From Lepidodermella squamata (taxonomy: Eukaryota > Animalia > Gastrotricha): a stretch of 64,000 bases of DNA. A program made the position numbers and the translations under genes. Location of the stretch: contig JBLDXI010000015.1 in NCBI GenBank assembly GCA_047495785.1, forward strand, positions 3,596,001 through 3,660,000, read 5' to 3'. A model generated the notes under the pieces. The model was not told the DNA's origin. It saw nothing but the letters and a program-made list of their open reading frames with translations, and did no database searches. This document shows, piece after piece, positions 34,920 through 48,600 of this stretch (position 1 is the first letter of the stretch; each line of letters starts with the position of its first letter).

Positions 34920-37136
34920 TCATCCAGAGGGTCCCATCATGCTACTTGACGATCCTGGCCCCGAGCCTGATGAAGAGTCAGGGAGCGGTATGCCCATACT
35001 AGCCCTCATAAATGCTTGTGTGAGTTCCATGGCGGTCAGCTGGCAGCTGGAACTTTCCGATTCGATGCTAGCCGTCGATGGCGTAGTTTTACCGGTCAGT
35101 ACAACGACAAAGTATACAACATATCCAGCGAGGCAAAGGGTGCAGTAGCCGATCAAAGCCAGTGTATTCAACGTCTCAGCGCCGCAACGGCGGCGTTTTC
35201 GCTTCTTCTTCGAGTCAACACTGATCATGGTGCTGAGCGGGATATCGTCGTCCTTAGTCAGGCCATCAGCAGCATCCTCAGATTTCGAGACATTTCGAAC
35301 CAGAATCGCAACTACTGACGCCAGGGTGCTTAGCCCGATTTGATAGCTGTAGAATGTATAGATAAACGGGACATTAGTTGACGTAGTAGGGAGTTGACTA
35401 GTCAGTGAATAAGACACGACAAAGTACGATAGAAGAACAGTAATTGCAACGGATGATTTCTCCTCGTCATCGGCCTTCGAAATGAAAACGCTTGCCATTA
35501 GGACCGAAACAATGCCAGTCGGTACGAATACAACCGGCCAGTAGTAGGCAGCAATTCGTTCGATCTCGAAGATGAAGTAAACATGAGACACTAAATAGGT
35601 GTCATTTTTGCCGATGATAACGCAAGATCGGCCCATGGTGAACAACGGATTGTTGGCTGCATCTTTGTTGACTTTAAGCATCTTGCTTGTTGTCGGTTCA
35701 ATGTTAAGAACCAAGGTTGTTTTCTTCGAATTCGAAGATGTATCAGCGGTCATGAAATCTTTAGACGGTGCAATCTGGGTCGATATAAAAATCAATCGAG
35801 GTTTTATCGAATTTTTTCACCTTACGTGGTAGAAACAAAAGTTTGACTCGAATGGAAATCGATATAGATTCATCCTGATTTTTTTTAAATTATTCATAGA
35901 TTGAGGAGTTATCAATTTGATCTTACTCGCAAACTATTTGGCTATTCATCTCGAAGCTGTAGAAGATCATTCCGCTGCTGAAGGCTAGCAGTGACGTAGC
36001 ATCTAAATCACCGGGTGGGACAGTTTCAGCAGCATTCACAATGCTAAGCAAATCGCAAATATTCCAAATTGCATCATAGCCATTTTTTTAATTTACCTGA
36101 ACTTGGGATACCAAATCGCCGAGGCCTGCGGAATCGGCATAGGCTCGATCGGGCAGTCTTCATAGTTCGCATAGGCTGCTTTGATAGAGCTATCTGTCCA
36201 GTTGAAGCGTATTAGGATGGATGTTTTGACAGTCTGCGCCAACGTGTCAACGTCTATGAAAGCTTGCAGGAAAATGTTCACAGTCATCTGCGAAGGTATA
36301 AGGCTTATTATAGCAAAATTGAAGCCCCGTTTCAGAAAAATTATACGCTAAGGCCGGAATTGTTGCGCAAATCTGAGGGAAGGGGAGGCAGCTTGACGTT
36401 ATCGGCAACGCCCTCCAGCAAGTTATTCGCCAGCCTTAGACATGCCTGTCGCAAAGGGAATAATATTAATATCGTACCAAGTGGACACCGTAAATTTGGG
36501 GTTCCGGCAATAAATTTGACGCTCCAGAGCTAATAATTTGTATCAAATTACAGTTTTGAATCTTTTGTTAGAGATTTCACTAATACGCGTAATTTGCTAT
36601 TTTGGCGCTTTATAGAGCCTATATCGATTCCAAGTATCGATTTTAAAAATCAGCGAATTTTCAGGTATCAGAATTCTTGGTATAGCCAACTTTGAAAATA
36701 TTTCTACCTATATAGCTGATGGTACTACCCGATTGTTAAATCGCAAAGAATCGGAGAAATTTAGGGCTGAGTTTAGTGTTTCAAATATTTAGACCCGAAA
36801 ACAAAGTTTTTGTACTTCAACAGGATTTGGCGGGGTCATTGGCGGGCCTTGGGCTGGTCTTGAGTCTGAAGACGTTGCGTTTGCACTGCTGTTTGTAGCT
36901 CCAGAGTCAGTTACATTGGCCGATCCATTGGTAGAAGAGCTTGCATTAGCTGGACTAGGGGCTGAATTAGTACTCGAGTTAGCTGGCGGAGCCTGGTTTG
37001 AGGGCGGAGGCGCAGGTGCGGGGTTTTGTCTCCCCTTGGCTGGCGCTGGAGTTGGGCCGTTGTTCGCCGGGGCTTGCCCAAGCGAAGCACTCAGCAAAAC
37101 ACTGAATAATATGAAAAAGCCCAACAGGTTCATCAT
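34920..37136 (-). CDS. Divergent Cys-loop ligand-gated ion channel (nAChR-derived), paralog 1
   Basis: Signal peptide, Pro/Ser/Asn-rich N-terminus, six exons; WTDS, WYPK, Cys loop CEMNLYRFPFESNFC, M1 YYWPVVFVP, M2 EEKSSVAITVLLSY, M3, M4. Confidence 0.88.
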
Positions 37137-37364
37137 TTTTCTCTGATTCCAAAAAGAATGACGAGATTCTCGAACATGTTTTGCACATCGGCCCTGAATC
37201 GCAATTTCCGTTAACCTTTGGAACCTTCAACGCAATATCGGAGTTACCCACCGGAAATTAAACCGCGTTGTGCGTTAGTTTTTAATTACAATAGAAAAAT
37301 CACGACGGTTTTATAACATAGGACTATACAGTGATGAGTTAGTTATCTCTCGAAAAGTTGGCAC

Positions 37365-38877
37365 TCAAGCGTTAGTCTTGGTTGCGGAGATGAATTCTTT
37401 CGAGGTCAACATTGCCGCCAAGGTGCAGTTGCCGCTCTCGCCCGGGATCGACGCAATGTTTTCATCGTTGAGGCTCATGATTGACGTAAAGTAAACAATA
37501 TAACCAGCCAGGCATAGCACGATGTATAGAGCCAGCGTCAAGTTGTTCAAATAATCGGCTGTGAAACGGAATTTGCAGCGTCGAGATTTAATTTCCACGA
37601 GCTTCTCATCAACTTCGTCTGCCAACGATTCAGCTACGGCTAGGTTTCGAATAACAGCAGCTACAATCGTAGCTGCAGTGCTTAGCATTGTTTGATAGGC
37701 GAAGAACCAATAGACATACGGAATTTTCGTCGACGTAGTCGGTAGTTGAGCTGACAATGAGAAAGAAACGACGAAATAAGACAGCAAAACTGTTAAAGCG
37801 ATTGAAAGTTTTTCCCCATCATCGGCTTTCACCATGAATACAACAGCCATGAGAACACTGACGATACCGGTCGGTATGAAAACAGCAGGCCAGTAGTACG
37901 TTGGGTTCCGTTTTACCTCGAAAAACATGTAGACATGCGTGAATAGGTACGTTTCGTTGCTGCCTTTCATCGCGCAAGTTCGCTCCATTGAGAATAACGG
38001 ATTCATAGCGGATACTTTACTCAGCTTCAACATCGAACTTTTTTCCATGTTGACTTCAATAGTATTTCCTGATGTCTGGTTAGTCGGAAAGGGTGGTACC
38101 ATGTAGTCCCGGGTGGGTACTAGCTGAAAATGGCAGATGTTTTTATCCCACGGAAAGGCGCGAAGGTCCATACTGGAAATAAAAAAAAATTAAAACAAAC
38201 TTCTAACAATTCTCAGTTAAAATCGAACTCGCAAGTAATATCGGTCTTTGTTTCGAAATAGTAGAAATTCATTCCGATGGGATATACGAGTATCGGCATG
38301 GCATCCTGATCCCCAGGACTTATCGTCTGAGCGGAATTAACAATGCTGGAAAAATAATGAATTATTATTATTACTCTTATTGATAAGCATTTTTGTTGAA
38401 TTACCTAAATTTCGGATACCACATCAGCCCAGCTTGGGGAACAGCTACAGCTTGACGATTGCAGCCAGATTTTGAGAAGGCCGCGATCAATCGGGAATCT
38501 GTCCAAGTGAACCGGACCAGAATCGACAATTTTACAGCTTGTGCCAAAACGTCCACCCCGATGAAAGATTGCAGGAAAATGTTAGTTATTAGCTGGAATA
38601 TCACAAATTTGAGATGAAATTCTATAATTATTGAGGAATTTTACCGATAGTTTGCCAGGCGGGGGGAGTTTGATGGCAGAATCAAACGTCGGGCTGAGTA
38701 GTGTATTCGCCAAATTTGTGCAGTTGGTCTGAAATAGAATAAAAAGGATTTATTTTTGTATTATGCAACTCCAGAAATTCTGACATCGTCTATAACAGCA
38801 GCTTGAGGTGGACCCTGGGCAATTACCATCGTGCCAGGCAGCAACATCAGCGTGAAAACTCCGAAGCTCAAGATCAT
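37365..38877 (-). CDS. Divergent Cys-loop ligand-gated ion channel, paralog 2
   Basis: Signal peptide MILSFGVFTLMLL; five exons; WTDSRL, WYPK, CDMDLRAFPWDKNIC, GEKLSIALTVLLSY. Confidence 0.9.
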
Positions 38878-39739
38878 CGTGATTTAAATCGTTGTTAACA
38901 ATTTGAGCAGCAAACGTGAGTTATGATTATTCTTCGGTATATCAGGCGTCGTCATGGTTTATTCAGACTCATTCTGGACGGACGATCTGTCTGCTCGGCA
39001 GCTGTTTTTCAATTAAACACGACTTTTTTCATCTCATCGGTCTGAGAACTCAGGTTTTGTTTACTTAACCATGTCAACCTCCGCTCACATCCAACAACGA
39101 AAATTTAATTTCATGATCATCGTTTTTTCTTGGTAATAATCGAATCAGCTGGAAACATTGGCACGGTATTCCAGATAATTTGAGAAAAAAATTAAAAATG
39201 AATTGAAAGAGCAGAGACTTGCGTGAATTTGCCATCGAATTATCGGTTACTACGTATGCCCAGCGTGACGTAGCCGCACTTAGTGGGTTCATTTAATATT
39301 TACGATATTGGAAGACTGATCAAACTACTGATAGTCGCGTAAAACTTGGATAGCACTGGCCTGTTCGATAAAAACGAATAAAATTACACGGGATATTTTC
39401 ATCTCATTCCCATCCTGTGCGAAACTTCTTAAAACCTCAATGGTCAATGGTCCAAGTTGCCATAAAGGCACATTTTCATCCAACCCTTGCATATCTGACA
39501 CTACTGTCAGCTATTCCAATTACACAGACATGCCCTACTTGATGGTTATAATAAAATCGCTCACTAGAAATAGGTGCAGTGCCCCGGTAAAACTGGGTCA
39601 CGCTTTTTCTGCTAAGCGAGGTCTTATAAGAGCTGGTATTAATTAGCATTACGGTCAATGTAAAAAAAATTACCCAGTATTTGCAAGGCGCACTCCCTCG
39701 CCCAAGTCGTACGCATTGGTATTTATCGCTAATTTTACT

Positions 39740-40050
39740 GCTCAATAAGTAACTAGAAATTTTCGTGTACCAAAATCGAGCTAATTTAATCCTCTATTCA
39801 TAGAATATTGCGTTCTCGCGCTCGAAAACTTAAATGGGAAAAAGTTGTATGCGCACTGAAAAATTAGGGCGGGTGACCTCACGAGAGCGCCCCGCCGATG
39901 AGTTAAAATCATAAACGTAAAATGTTTCATCATAAAATTTCACGTATTTAATTCACTTCATTTTGATGTAAATGCCGACTCGAAATTCAGAGCTTGCCCT
40001 TTGATATCAGTACGAAATGAGCTGGCCAATAGGAGCGCGCTGATGTGCGC
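39740..40050. mobile_element. Degenerate relative of the MITE family
   Basis: ATTTTGATGTAAATGCCGACTCGAAATTC..CCCTTTG..GGCCAATAGGAGCGCGC resembles the MITE right arm; GTTCTCGCGCTCGAAAA resembles the left arm; no TSD found. Confidence 0.55.
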
Positions 40051-41013
40051 CTTAAATCATACCGAGGGTTTCATTTAGAAATCCTTTTGCCCAACAGAAT
40101 AATCATGAATTTGCGATCGAAATTATCCACAATTTTTAAGTTTAACTCACGATTCAGTTGGCCAGAGCCAATCCCTCGAGTTGGCGAGATGCCCGCCACC
40201 ACAATCGCAGCATCTCACAACTCGCCAACAGGCCAACAGGCCTTTAACAGTGTGCACGAGTGAATCGCAAACAACGCTCATCAAAGGTGCAATTCCTAAT
40301 GTCGGCATAATAGAAGCACTACACAACATCAGGATGTTTAATTGTGTATGTCGTTAGTCTATAATAATTAATTACATGTTAGATTACCTAATTCAACTAT
40401 TTTAAAAAGCTGGTATTTGAAGCAATAGGACAATATTACCGAGAAATACATGACTTTTCTGGCCATATTAAAGGTAACAGAGGATCTTCTCTGATCTATT
40501 TGGCCTTATTCAATATCGTAAAACCTTGATTTTTGTTCCAATTTTTTCTGACGATTCCAATATTCCGGAAAAACTATTTGAACACCTTCCTCAACTCTTC
40601 ATATAAATATTGTTAATCTCTCTCCACTATTTTATTAGTCAAAAATCCCATGACATATGCAAAAAGGAAATAAAACGGTGAATTTAAGTGCATCCTGGTT
40701 GCAGAAAAATTCCAACCGCTAATAAATTAGAGCCTCGGGTTAAAATATAATGAAATACTGACAAATCATCCATCTCCCTATGATATTGATTTTTTTTCGT
40801 TTTCGTTCATGAATTTCGATCGATCGCGTGGCTATCGTAAAAGATGGCAGTTATCAATGAGCACTTTAAATAGTGTGAGAAAATGATGTTATCTTTAGAG
40901 ATAAACTTATTCCTGGTATATCGTTCAACACCTCACACCAGATATCGCATACCAACAAGTACACTGATGCTGTTAAGTGCATTTTTATAGTAGTTCTAGG
41001 GCTATTATGAAGT

Positions 41014-42821
41014 ATGAGCCATTTGAGTTTAAATTTATTCCTCAAATTATCCGGCCTACTTCTACTTTTTGCCGTCGCGATCTACTTCGTGTCTTTCAAT
41101 CTATCCGATGAGCCAGCAGCTAACCCATCAGCTGATTACCAGCAGAAAGATGCGTACGACTTTGGCAATAAACCTCCAATTGGGCCGTATGAAAAAATCG
41201 CGAGTGACCTAGTTGGAAAATTGCCGGCTAAAGACACCAGCAATTTAATGACCGCCGACAGCTTTTATGACGAAAATTTGCCAGACGACGATCGCCATTT
41301 AGTTGCATGTAAGACTTATTGGCACCGTCAAAAGTGCAAATCGCTCCTTTTCGATAAACGAGGCGATCAACACTCGTGGCCAGAATACCTCACTCGGCCT
41401 GACCAGCTGATCTCGCTCAAAAGTGTCCTTCTAGTCGTCAGCTTCAATTTTCCAAATTATCGAGCTGCGGCAAAAACTCATTCCTTATATAAAAGGTGAT
41501 TTTACATGCTATTAGCGGACCAAAATTTGAATAATTAATTCACTCAAAAATTAATTTTAAAAATTTTCCGAAATTTTGTGATTAATTACCAGAAATTCAA
41601 ATAAATTACCGTAAAATTCTGCTGGATTTTCTGTATAAGGCCAAATCATCACATCGAGATCACGATTTAACAGAATTTATAGAAAATGGTGCCAAGCTTC
41701 GAAATTTGATTCATAACCTTCTATTTTTAGAATTTTCGGTGATATTTATTTTTGTGGCCCGGAAGACTCAGCAAACTCTTTCTGGCCGTCGCATGACGAA
41801 TTTCAGAAAAATGACACAATGGGATCACTGCCGCCGGATACTGTCTTTCTGCCCTATGGCAAGCAACTTCACATAGGCGGCGAAACGTTTTACTACTGCA
41901 CAGCAAAATTATACGAACATTTATCGAAAGATAAAGCACGATTGAACAAGTATAAGGGCGTTTTGTTCATGTCAGACGATATTGTCTTGAATGTTTGGAT
42001 GTTGAAATCTCTTGGCAAAAAGCTTGACACAAACTGGATAATGCATGACAACGATGATAACGTTTTCAATGTCGATACGGTATTTTTTTCGGAATTGTTT
42101 AAATTCTCGGAATATTTGAACTCTAAAACAGTCCAAATTTTGTTACGGCTGGCGTTTTGCGAAATTCGGTGGTAAATGTGATGATTGGCGAAACTGGCAC
42201 GGTGCAACTGAATACGCAGAGGCGAATCAAGCTTTTTACGACGAGCTTGTTGAACTAGCTGGAAATAACGGTGATGGCTACAAAATCTATCGAGATTTCT
42301 ACTCAAAGTTGAAACAATTTACCGGTGGCGAGCGACGCTTGTTAGGAAACGAAAGTGCCGACATTTATTACATGACTATGCCGTATTTACCTACAGCTAG
42401 CCAACTGTTCAAACTTTTCAACAAGTGAGATGGTAAATTTTCAGAAAATTATTCTGATTTTTTTGTAAATTTTAGGCATCGAGTGTTTGTTGAATCGGCT
42501 GTTGTTTCTGTGCTCAAGGTCATCACGCCAGTCGATTCGCTGCAATTTATCAGTGCGATAGGTCATGATAACGGCCAGGGCTACCTCCGCGATCACTGGG
42601 TTGATGAGGTCTACACATCTCGGTTGGAAATGTTACATCCCCTCAAAACAGGCTCCCTCGACCTCTTGAAGGCAGACTCGGAAAAAGAGTCCGGAATTCG
42701 ATCAAAACTTATAGACCGGTTACGGGGTAAAACAGCCCCTACCGATGACCGATCGATCGGTTGTGTTTACTGCAACGTATTACGGCTGATGTTCACTCAT
42801 GCGAAAATGCTCGAAACATAA
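41014..42821 (+). CDS. Type II membrane STELLO/DUF288-like putative glycosyltransferase
   Basis: N-terminal TM; four exons; LLVVSFNFP..Y.RIFGDIYFCGP, FYYC, YKGVLFMSDDIVLNVW, ADIYY, HPLK. Confidence 0.75.
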
Positions 42822-42842
42822 TAAACTATTTTTTGAGATTTT

Positions 42843-44553
42843 TTATTCCTCTTGATCGATGTAAATTAGGAAATCGAGAAAGGTTTCGTCGGTTATCGTG
42901 AGGCTGAGAAGCTTCTTCACCTCAGGGTTGCTACTGCCAGCCATTGAAACCGCCGTTTTCCCGTTCCGGTTTCGAATCGTCACATCAGCACCGTAGGCCA
43001 GAAGCTTTTCAACCGTTTTGACATGCCCATTTTTAGCAGCGTGCATCAGAGCCGTGTTGCCGCCGGCCAGTTGTTCGTTAATGTTAAGACAACTGTGGCC
43101 ATTCGCCAGCAAATGATCCACGATTTTATCGTTGCCGCGTTCAGCTGCCACCGCCAGTGCATTCATGCCACGTTTATCGCGAGCCAATAAATCAGCGCCT
43201 CGTTTCATTAGAACAGCCGCCAGGTAGATGTCGTTCTGCTCAGCCGCGATGATGAGCGGCGTTTTTTTCGTATATTGCGCTCGCGTATTGATTTGGGCCC
43301 CATGCTCTAAAATATTAAAAATTATTAATCATTATTTGTATTTATTTTACTTGAAATTTCAAGATTAACATTTTGAAATTCGAAATTTGGCTTTTAATTT
43401 TTCTGGTTCTTTGCGATTAGAACCTTTTTAAATCAATACCTATGCCCCCATGATCCTGAGATTTTCTATTTTAGCTACCTGGCCCTATCTGTTGGCTAGA
43501 AACATTTTAAATATTATTGTTTTTACAAATTCTTCATTTTTCAATGATATTCGATTTCGCACAATTCATTGATTTGTAAATCGATACTTGGATTCGATAT
43601 CGACCGTTCGATGAATTATAGAGAAAACGTAAAACTCGAGAAAGTAGAAACAAAACCGGAGAAACATGTTCAAACTGGGTAAAATACCGAATATTACCGA
43701 ATTAGTTACCATCGGGATTTTCGGTAATATTCGAAAATTAAATTTGTAATTTCTTTGGTATAATCGCAGATAAAAGATGAATGACTCTCCCGGTAGGTTA
43801 AGTTTCAGAAAAATGCATTGATTTTTCTAAAAAAAGTTGCATAATTAAAAAGTGTCGCAAAGGTCGAAAAGGTCGCACGCTCTATGGGACACGCTCTATA
43901 TGGGTAATTCTAAAATGGTTTTGAGCCTTAAGGTTATTACTTGAACCCTACTTATGAAGTGTTTACTCGGTACAGCCCCTGTGTCAAAAATTTTCATTTT
44001 CAATAATTTTAAATTTACGAAGTGGATTTTAAATTTTTGATTGGTCATTATTTATAATTTGTATACCTAAAAGCCGCTCAACAGTTTTAACGTGTCCATT
44101 TTTAACCGCCATCAAAATCGGCGTATTGCCACCTCCAAACGGGCCGTCGAAGTGCTCGTTGACATTCAACCCCGGGCAGTTGTCCAAAATGTAAGCAACA
44201 ACCTTATCTTTGCCATTAATTGCCGCAGCGGCGAGTGCGGTCAAATTGCGCGCATCTTTCGCCGCAACATCAGCGCCTTTTCCCATCAGCATAGAAACAA
44301 CGTGCAGATGCCCGTTTTCCGCGGCTAGAATCAGCGGCGTTTTCCGCGTCATAGGCGTCCGAGCGTTGACATCAGCGCCGTAGTGCAGCCGCGTTCGGGT
44401 CGTTGTAACATCGCCATTTTGCGCCGCTTCAAGCAACTCCTCCGTGTTGTAGTTTCGGAGGTACATGCGATCCCGGTCGCCAGCAGGCATCGACCGCGAA
44501 AAGAACCGGCTTGACATCTCAAACTTGGACAGAACAAGCGAAGTTTGACTCAT
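42843..44553 (-). CDS. Ankyrin-repeat protein (two exons, internally duplicated halves)
   Basis: TPLILAAENGH, TALMHAAKNGH; intron 44066-43307 joins LL|EHGAQIN in frame. Confidence 0.88.
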
Positions 44554-44672
44554 GTTTACTTTTGCGGTTAAAATGAACTCGCTTTCTTCATCCGAATTCA
44601 GTTCGAAATATTTTTGCGTGAGTTTATTACTCCCAAATCACAAAAGCATGGGCCAATTAATTGTATTAATTT

Positions 44673-45023
44673 TTAACAAGCCGGCTGTTTAACTAAAATG
44701 ATGAAAGCAATCACGGCGAAGGCGAACAAAATTGCGGCGAAGCTGAGCCGTATTGACAACGCGTAGATTCGCTGGTCGTTGGCATGGCTGTTACGTTTCG
44801 CCGATAAGAACGCAGCCGGTACCGAGAAGCCGCCGAGCGTTGAAGCCCACAGCGGCGGTTGCGTGAAAGCAGAAGCACTTGACCGGTGAGTTGATGAAAT
44901 TATAACCACGTCAGGACGGGCAATTTTTTCGGCATGACTTTCGTGCTCTAAAAGTGGGACTTGGTTGACATGCACCGACTTTTGGTCGATTTCCACATTT
45001 TTTAATTGACTGAAATTTTCCAT
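44673..45023 (-). CDS. Small protein with one C-terminal TM segment (116 aa)
   Basis: ATG-initiated ORF ending in LSFAAILFAFAVIAFIILV; no known domain. Confidence 0.5.
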   Translation of the reverse strand: MENFSQLKNVEIDQKSVHVNQVPLLEHESHAEKIARPDVVIISSTHRSSASAFTQPPLWASTLGGFSVPAAFLSAKRNSHANDQRIYALSIRLSFAAILFAFAVIAFIILVKQPAC

Positions 45024-45670
45024 CGAATGATAAAAATCTAAAAAAATCTAGTTCAAATCGTCAAAATCTGAAAAATATTCTAGTACACTGGTATGTGGCA
45101 GTGGCTTTTTATTCCCTGAAGTGAAGCTATATTTTCTTGAGGATTATTTATTCCTACAGCTCTTGGTGGTGGGACCGCCGATGTGGGAATTTTGGCAACG
45201 GTCCATCACTGCGTAATACTTTCATGTGAGAAAAATTCGGCGTGATATATGCTAAAATACCCGGCTAATTTTTCCGGCGCAAACTTTTGTTTACGCCTTT
45301 TCGCGTGCTATAAGGACAATGCGATACTGAACATATGTTAAATGATGCAAGAAAAGATGGAATTTGCGATATTCGGAAAAAGTCATTGATGCATAAGGAA
45401 AAAATTAACAAAAAAAACCAAACAATTTCCAGTGCAATCTATGAAAAAAAAACTGTTCTATTACCTGCGCGGCATATAAGCCCGTCTAGCACTTGTGAGG
45501 TTCTTATCAATAATTAGCGTGGAAATTATCTCGCCAGATGGCTCTGAAGCATTAAATATTATTATTATTATTGCGGCAAAAATATTATCATTAAAATTTC
45601 CGAGTTTATTTTGAATAACAAACAACCGATTTTTGATTGGTCATGACGTAAAAATTATTTGTACACATTT

Positions 45671-48600
45671 TCAAACGGAAATTTCTTTGTAAGAATTGCT
45701 GCGATGGTTGTTCCAATAGTTGCAAATGTTATTATTCGCATTCAAATCGAACTTTGATTTGGTGCCAGCCATTTGAGACACGTAGACAGGAGACGGCGGG
45801 CGGGCGTTTCGCAGGGTCAGCGATGCTGATCGGCGATTACTCGAGTTGGACCCCGGCGTCAGCGGTTCGTTGACCAGGAACTTCTCCACGCTTTTATTAT
45901 CGTCCTCAAGACTGCGTGATGCGTGCGACTGCGCCAACATTTGCTGCTTCGACGATCGCGGCACTGAATTGCGTCGAACGGGTCGAGGGGTTGTTTTTTC
46001 CTTATTGTCTTTCGCGGCGACCCGTTGACCTGAATTTGGCGCGTAACTGCTAGAGCCATTCATGCGCATCAACATGAGTGCGCGACGCTTCGATTGGGTC
46101 ATAAAAGGCATTCGAACACCCTCCCATAATCGAACGCAGTATCCGCGCTAACAAAAAATAAATTTTAATTAAGATTAATTAATTAGTTAATTAATAAAGG
46201 TTAAATTTTAAATTTATTAAATTTATTTATCAATTTATTTAATTAGGTAATTAATTAATTAATTCAATTTATTTACCTTGTCATTTTCGTCACGCTTGAT
46301 GTGGTACCAAAACACCTCGATGATAAGTACGATTATTGAACAACCGACTCCAATGGCTAAGATGGCAAAAACTCCGAGAACGTTCTGAATTTCCAACACT
46401 TTAGCCTTGTTATCGTCCGGTAAACACGACTGGCCACTCGACTTCCACCATTTATCGTACAAAAGTTGTAGCCTATCGTTCTCTTGTAACTGCAAAATCC
46501 GCATTGATAACCCGTCTCGCAATGGTGAATCTTTCGCTGTTGCGATGCCGTAGCCTTTCGAATCGAGAAGTGAGCCGACTTGTCGTAGCTTACAATCTTT
46601 ATTGTCATTAGCGATGATGTACTCCATCGACACGGACTCCATTAGGTAGGCGTAGCCGCCATTCGACCGTCTGACGCGTTCGATGCCCTCGGAGTTGTTG
46701 CGCGTGAACACGTCCTTGTCCTTCATAAAGGCCCACATTCGCTGATACGTGTCAATTTTCGATTCTCGGAAAAAATTCTCAGTCGCACCGCCTTTTACAG
46801 CGCCGTATAGCACCTGTTTCTGTGCAGCCAATTCATCGGCATTTTCGAACGGCGAGACCAAAGTTTCGACTGTAAGAAATGCGGCTAAATTGGCGGTGTA
46901 TGAGCTAACAATAATCTAGAAAAAATAATCAAATTTTAAGGTGGATTTATTTTCGACTATTGCTATGCCGTACCAATGCGAAAAACCACCAAAACACGCT
47001 GATTAGTCGAGTTGGCAGGGTGGCAGGTGCTATAATAGAGCCATGGTGAACAATGCCTCCAATCGTGAAGAAGGCGCTGTTTAAAATGTTGAAAATGCGC
47101 GATAATTTCGGTGGCTTAGCCTTATCACCCGGCGGTGCGTGGATGAATTCGGTGACGCTTTTCTTCTTGTTAAGAGCAGCCCAGCGTTGCCGTTCGGCGT
47201 AACGTGAGCAGTCGATGAAGTGAGCAAGAATGAAGAACACTGTGGTGACGGTGCCCATTGCAACGAGAACGGCCAGCCAGACTTCAGTGGCGAGGGGTTG
47301 CATGAATGAAAACATTGATGGGTTCGTTTTGAATGGCTGTACATAGAGAATTGCAATTCCGAGGTTGATGAACGGCTTCGTAAAATCCACGGCTGTTTCA
47401 GAAATTGAAAATGATTGCTTCTTGTAATAGGAAAGGAAAGGAAAGGAAAGGAAAGGAAAGGAAAGGAAAGGAAAGGAAAGGAAATCCTTACTCACCTTGC
47501 TCCCTAGCATAGGTTATCGTTAGGGGAGCGACGGCCATTTGAGCAATGCCATCGATAACTTCGCCTACCATACCATTCCACTTGCCGCTAGTAGAATTAT
47601 AGCCCCCATAGCGGCCATCCGCAACCAAACGGATCGAGTAGTAGATGTCCATGAGCTCTGACAGTTCTTCAAGCAAATCGATGCAGAAACCCTCGAAGTT
47701 GTGATCCGTTATCGATCTCGATTTACCAACCGGTTTGCTCTTCGACTTGTCAGCACTACGAACCATAACGTAGGGTTTCTCCAGTAGTGTAGTCACCGTT
47801 ACCACAATTTTTTTCTGAAATTTTTTCAATCAATTATCAATAAAATTCTTATCGAGATGCTTCAATTCACTATATCTAATAGTATCGATGTTCAGTTCAG
47901 ACAGAATTCCTATCGATATGTATAAGAGAGAAAAGAGGTTTGGTTTGAAGATAGCGTTGAGTTAGAAGGTTCGGATTGCGGTTGTTATTTATCCCAATAA
48001 TACGAAGAACCCCAATATCAACCTAGCATTACCTTTTTACGATAACTCCTCCCATCCTCTTCCTGGTAAAATGTCGTATAAAATAAATCTTGAAAATAAT
48101 TTCTTCCGCTGTGACACCATCAAACATTGCAAAACCTAAAATAATTGTAACTTGAGGCAACTAATGTTGGAACTTACAGCTTTTTCACTGGTATCTTGTG
48201 TCTTATTTGGCCGAACCATGATACCAGATTGCTGCTGAAGTGCTGTCGGAATGTCGTCCTCTAAATGAAGCTGATGCGACACCCCAGGCGTGTGGTAATG
48301 CGCATTCACAGCTTCAGACCAAAATGACCCAATTTTGCGAACACCCACATTACCAAGACCTAAAACTTCGACCATAAAAGTGTCCCGTAGTCGCGTTGTT
48401 TTGTTAAAACGCGACACGCCGGTCAAGCCCTCGATTGAATCGCGCAATAACGCGCTGGCCAACGCCCGGCCTTGGGGCATCAGTGAAGGATTGCGGCATG
48501 TTATCACGTTGGAAGCATCCGACCAATACGGTAGCAGTTGTCTCGCTATCAAATTTTCAATCGAAGTCCGGAGCAATAAAAGAGCATCGAATAACATGGC

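Noticed and set aside
39400-40330. Short ORFs around the decayed MITE
   Set aside because: No coherent gene model or domain.
46947-47510. LSFPF repeat peptide in the iGluR ORF
   Set aside because: It is the intronic (TTTCC)n microsatellite read through; the true exon starts at AVDFTKPF.
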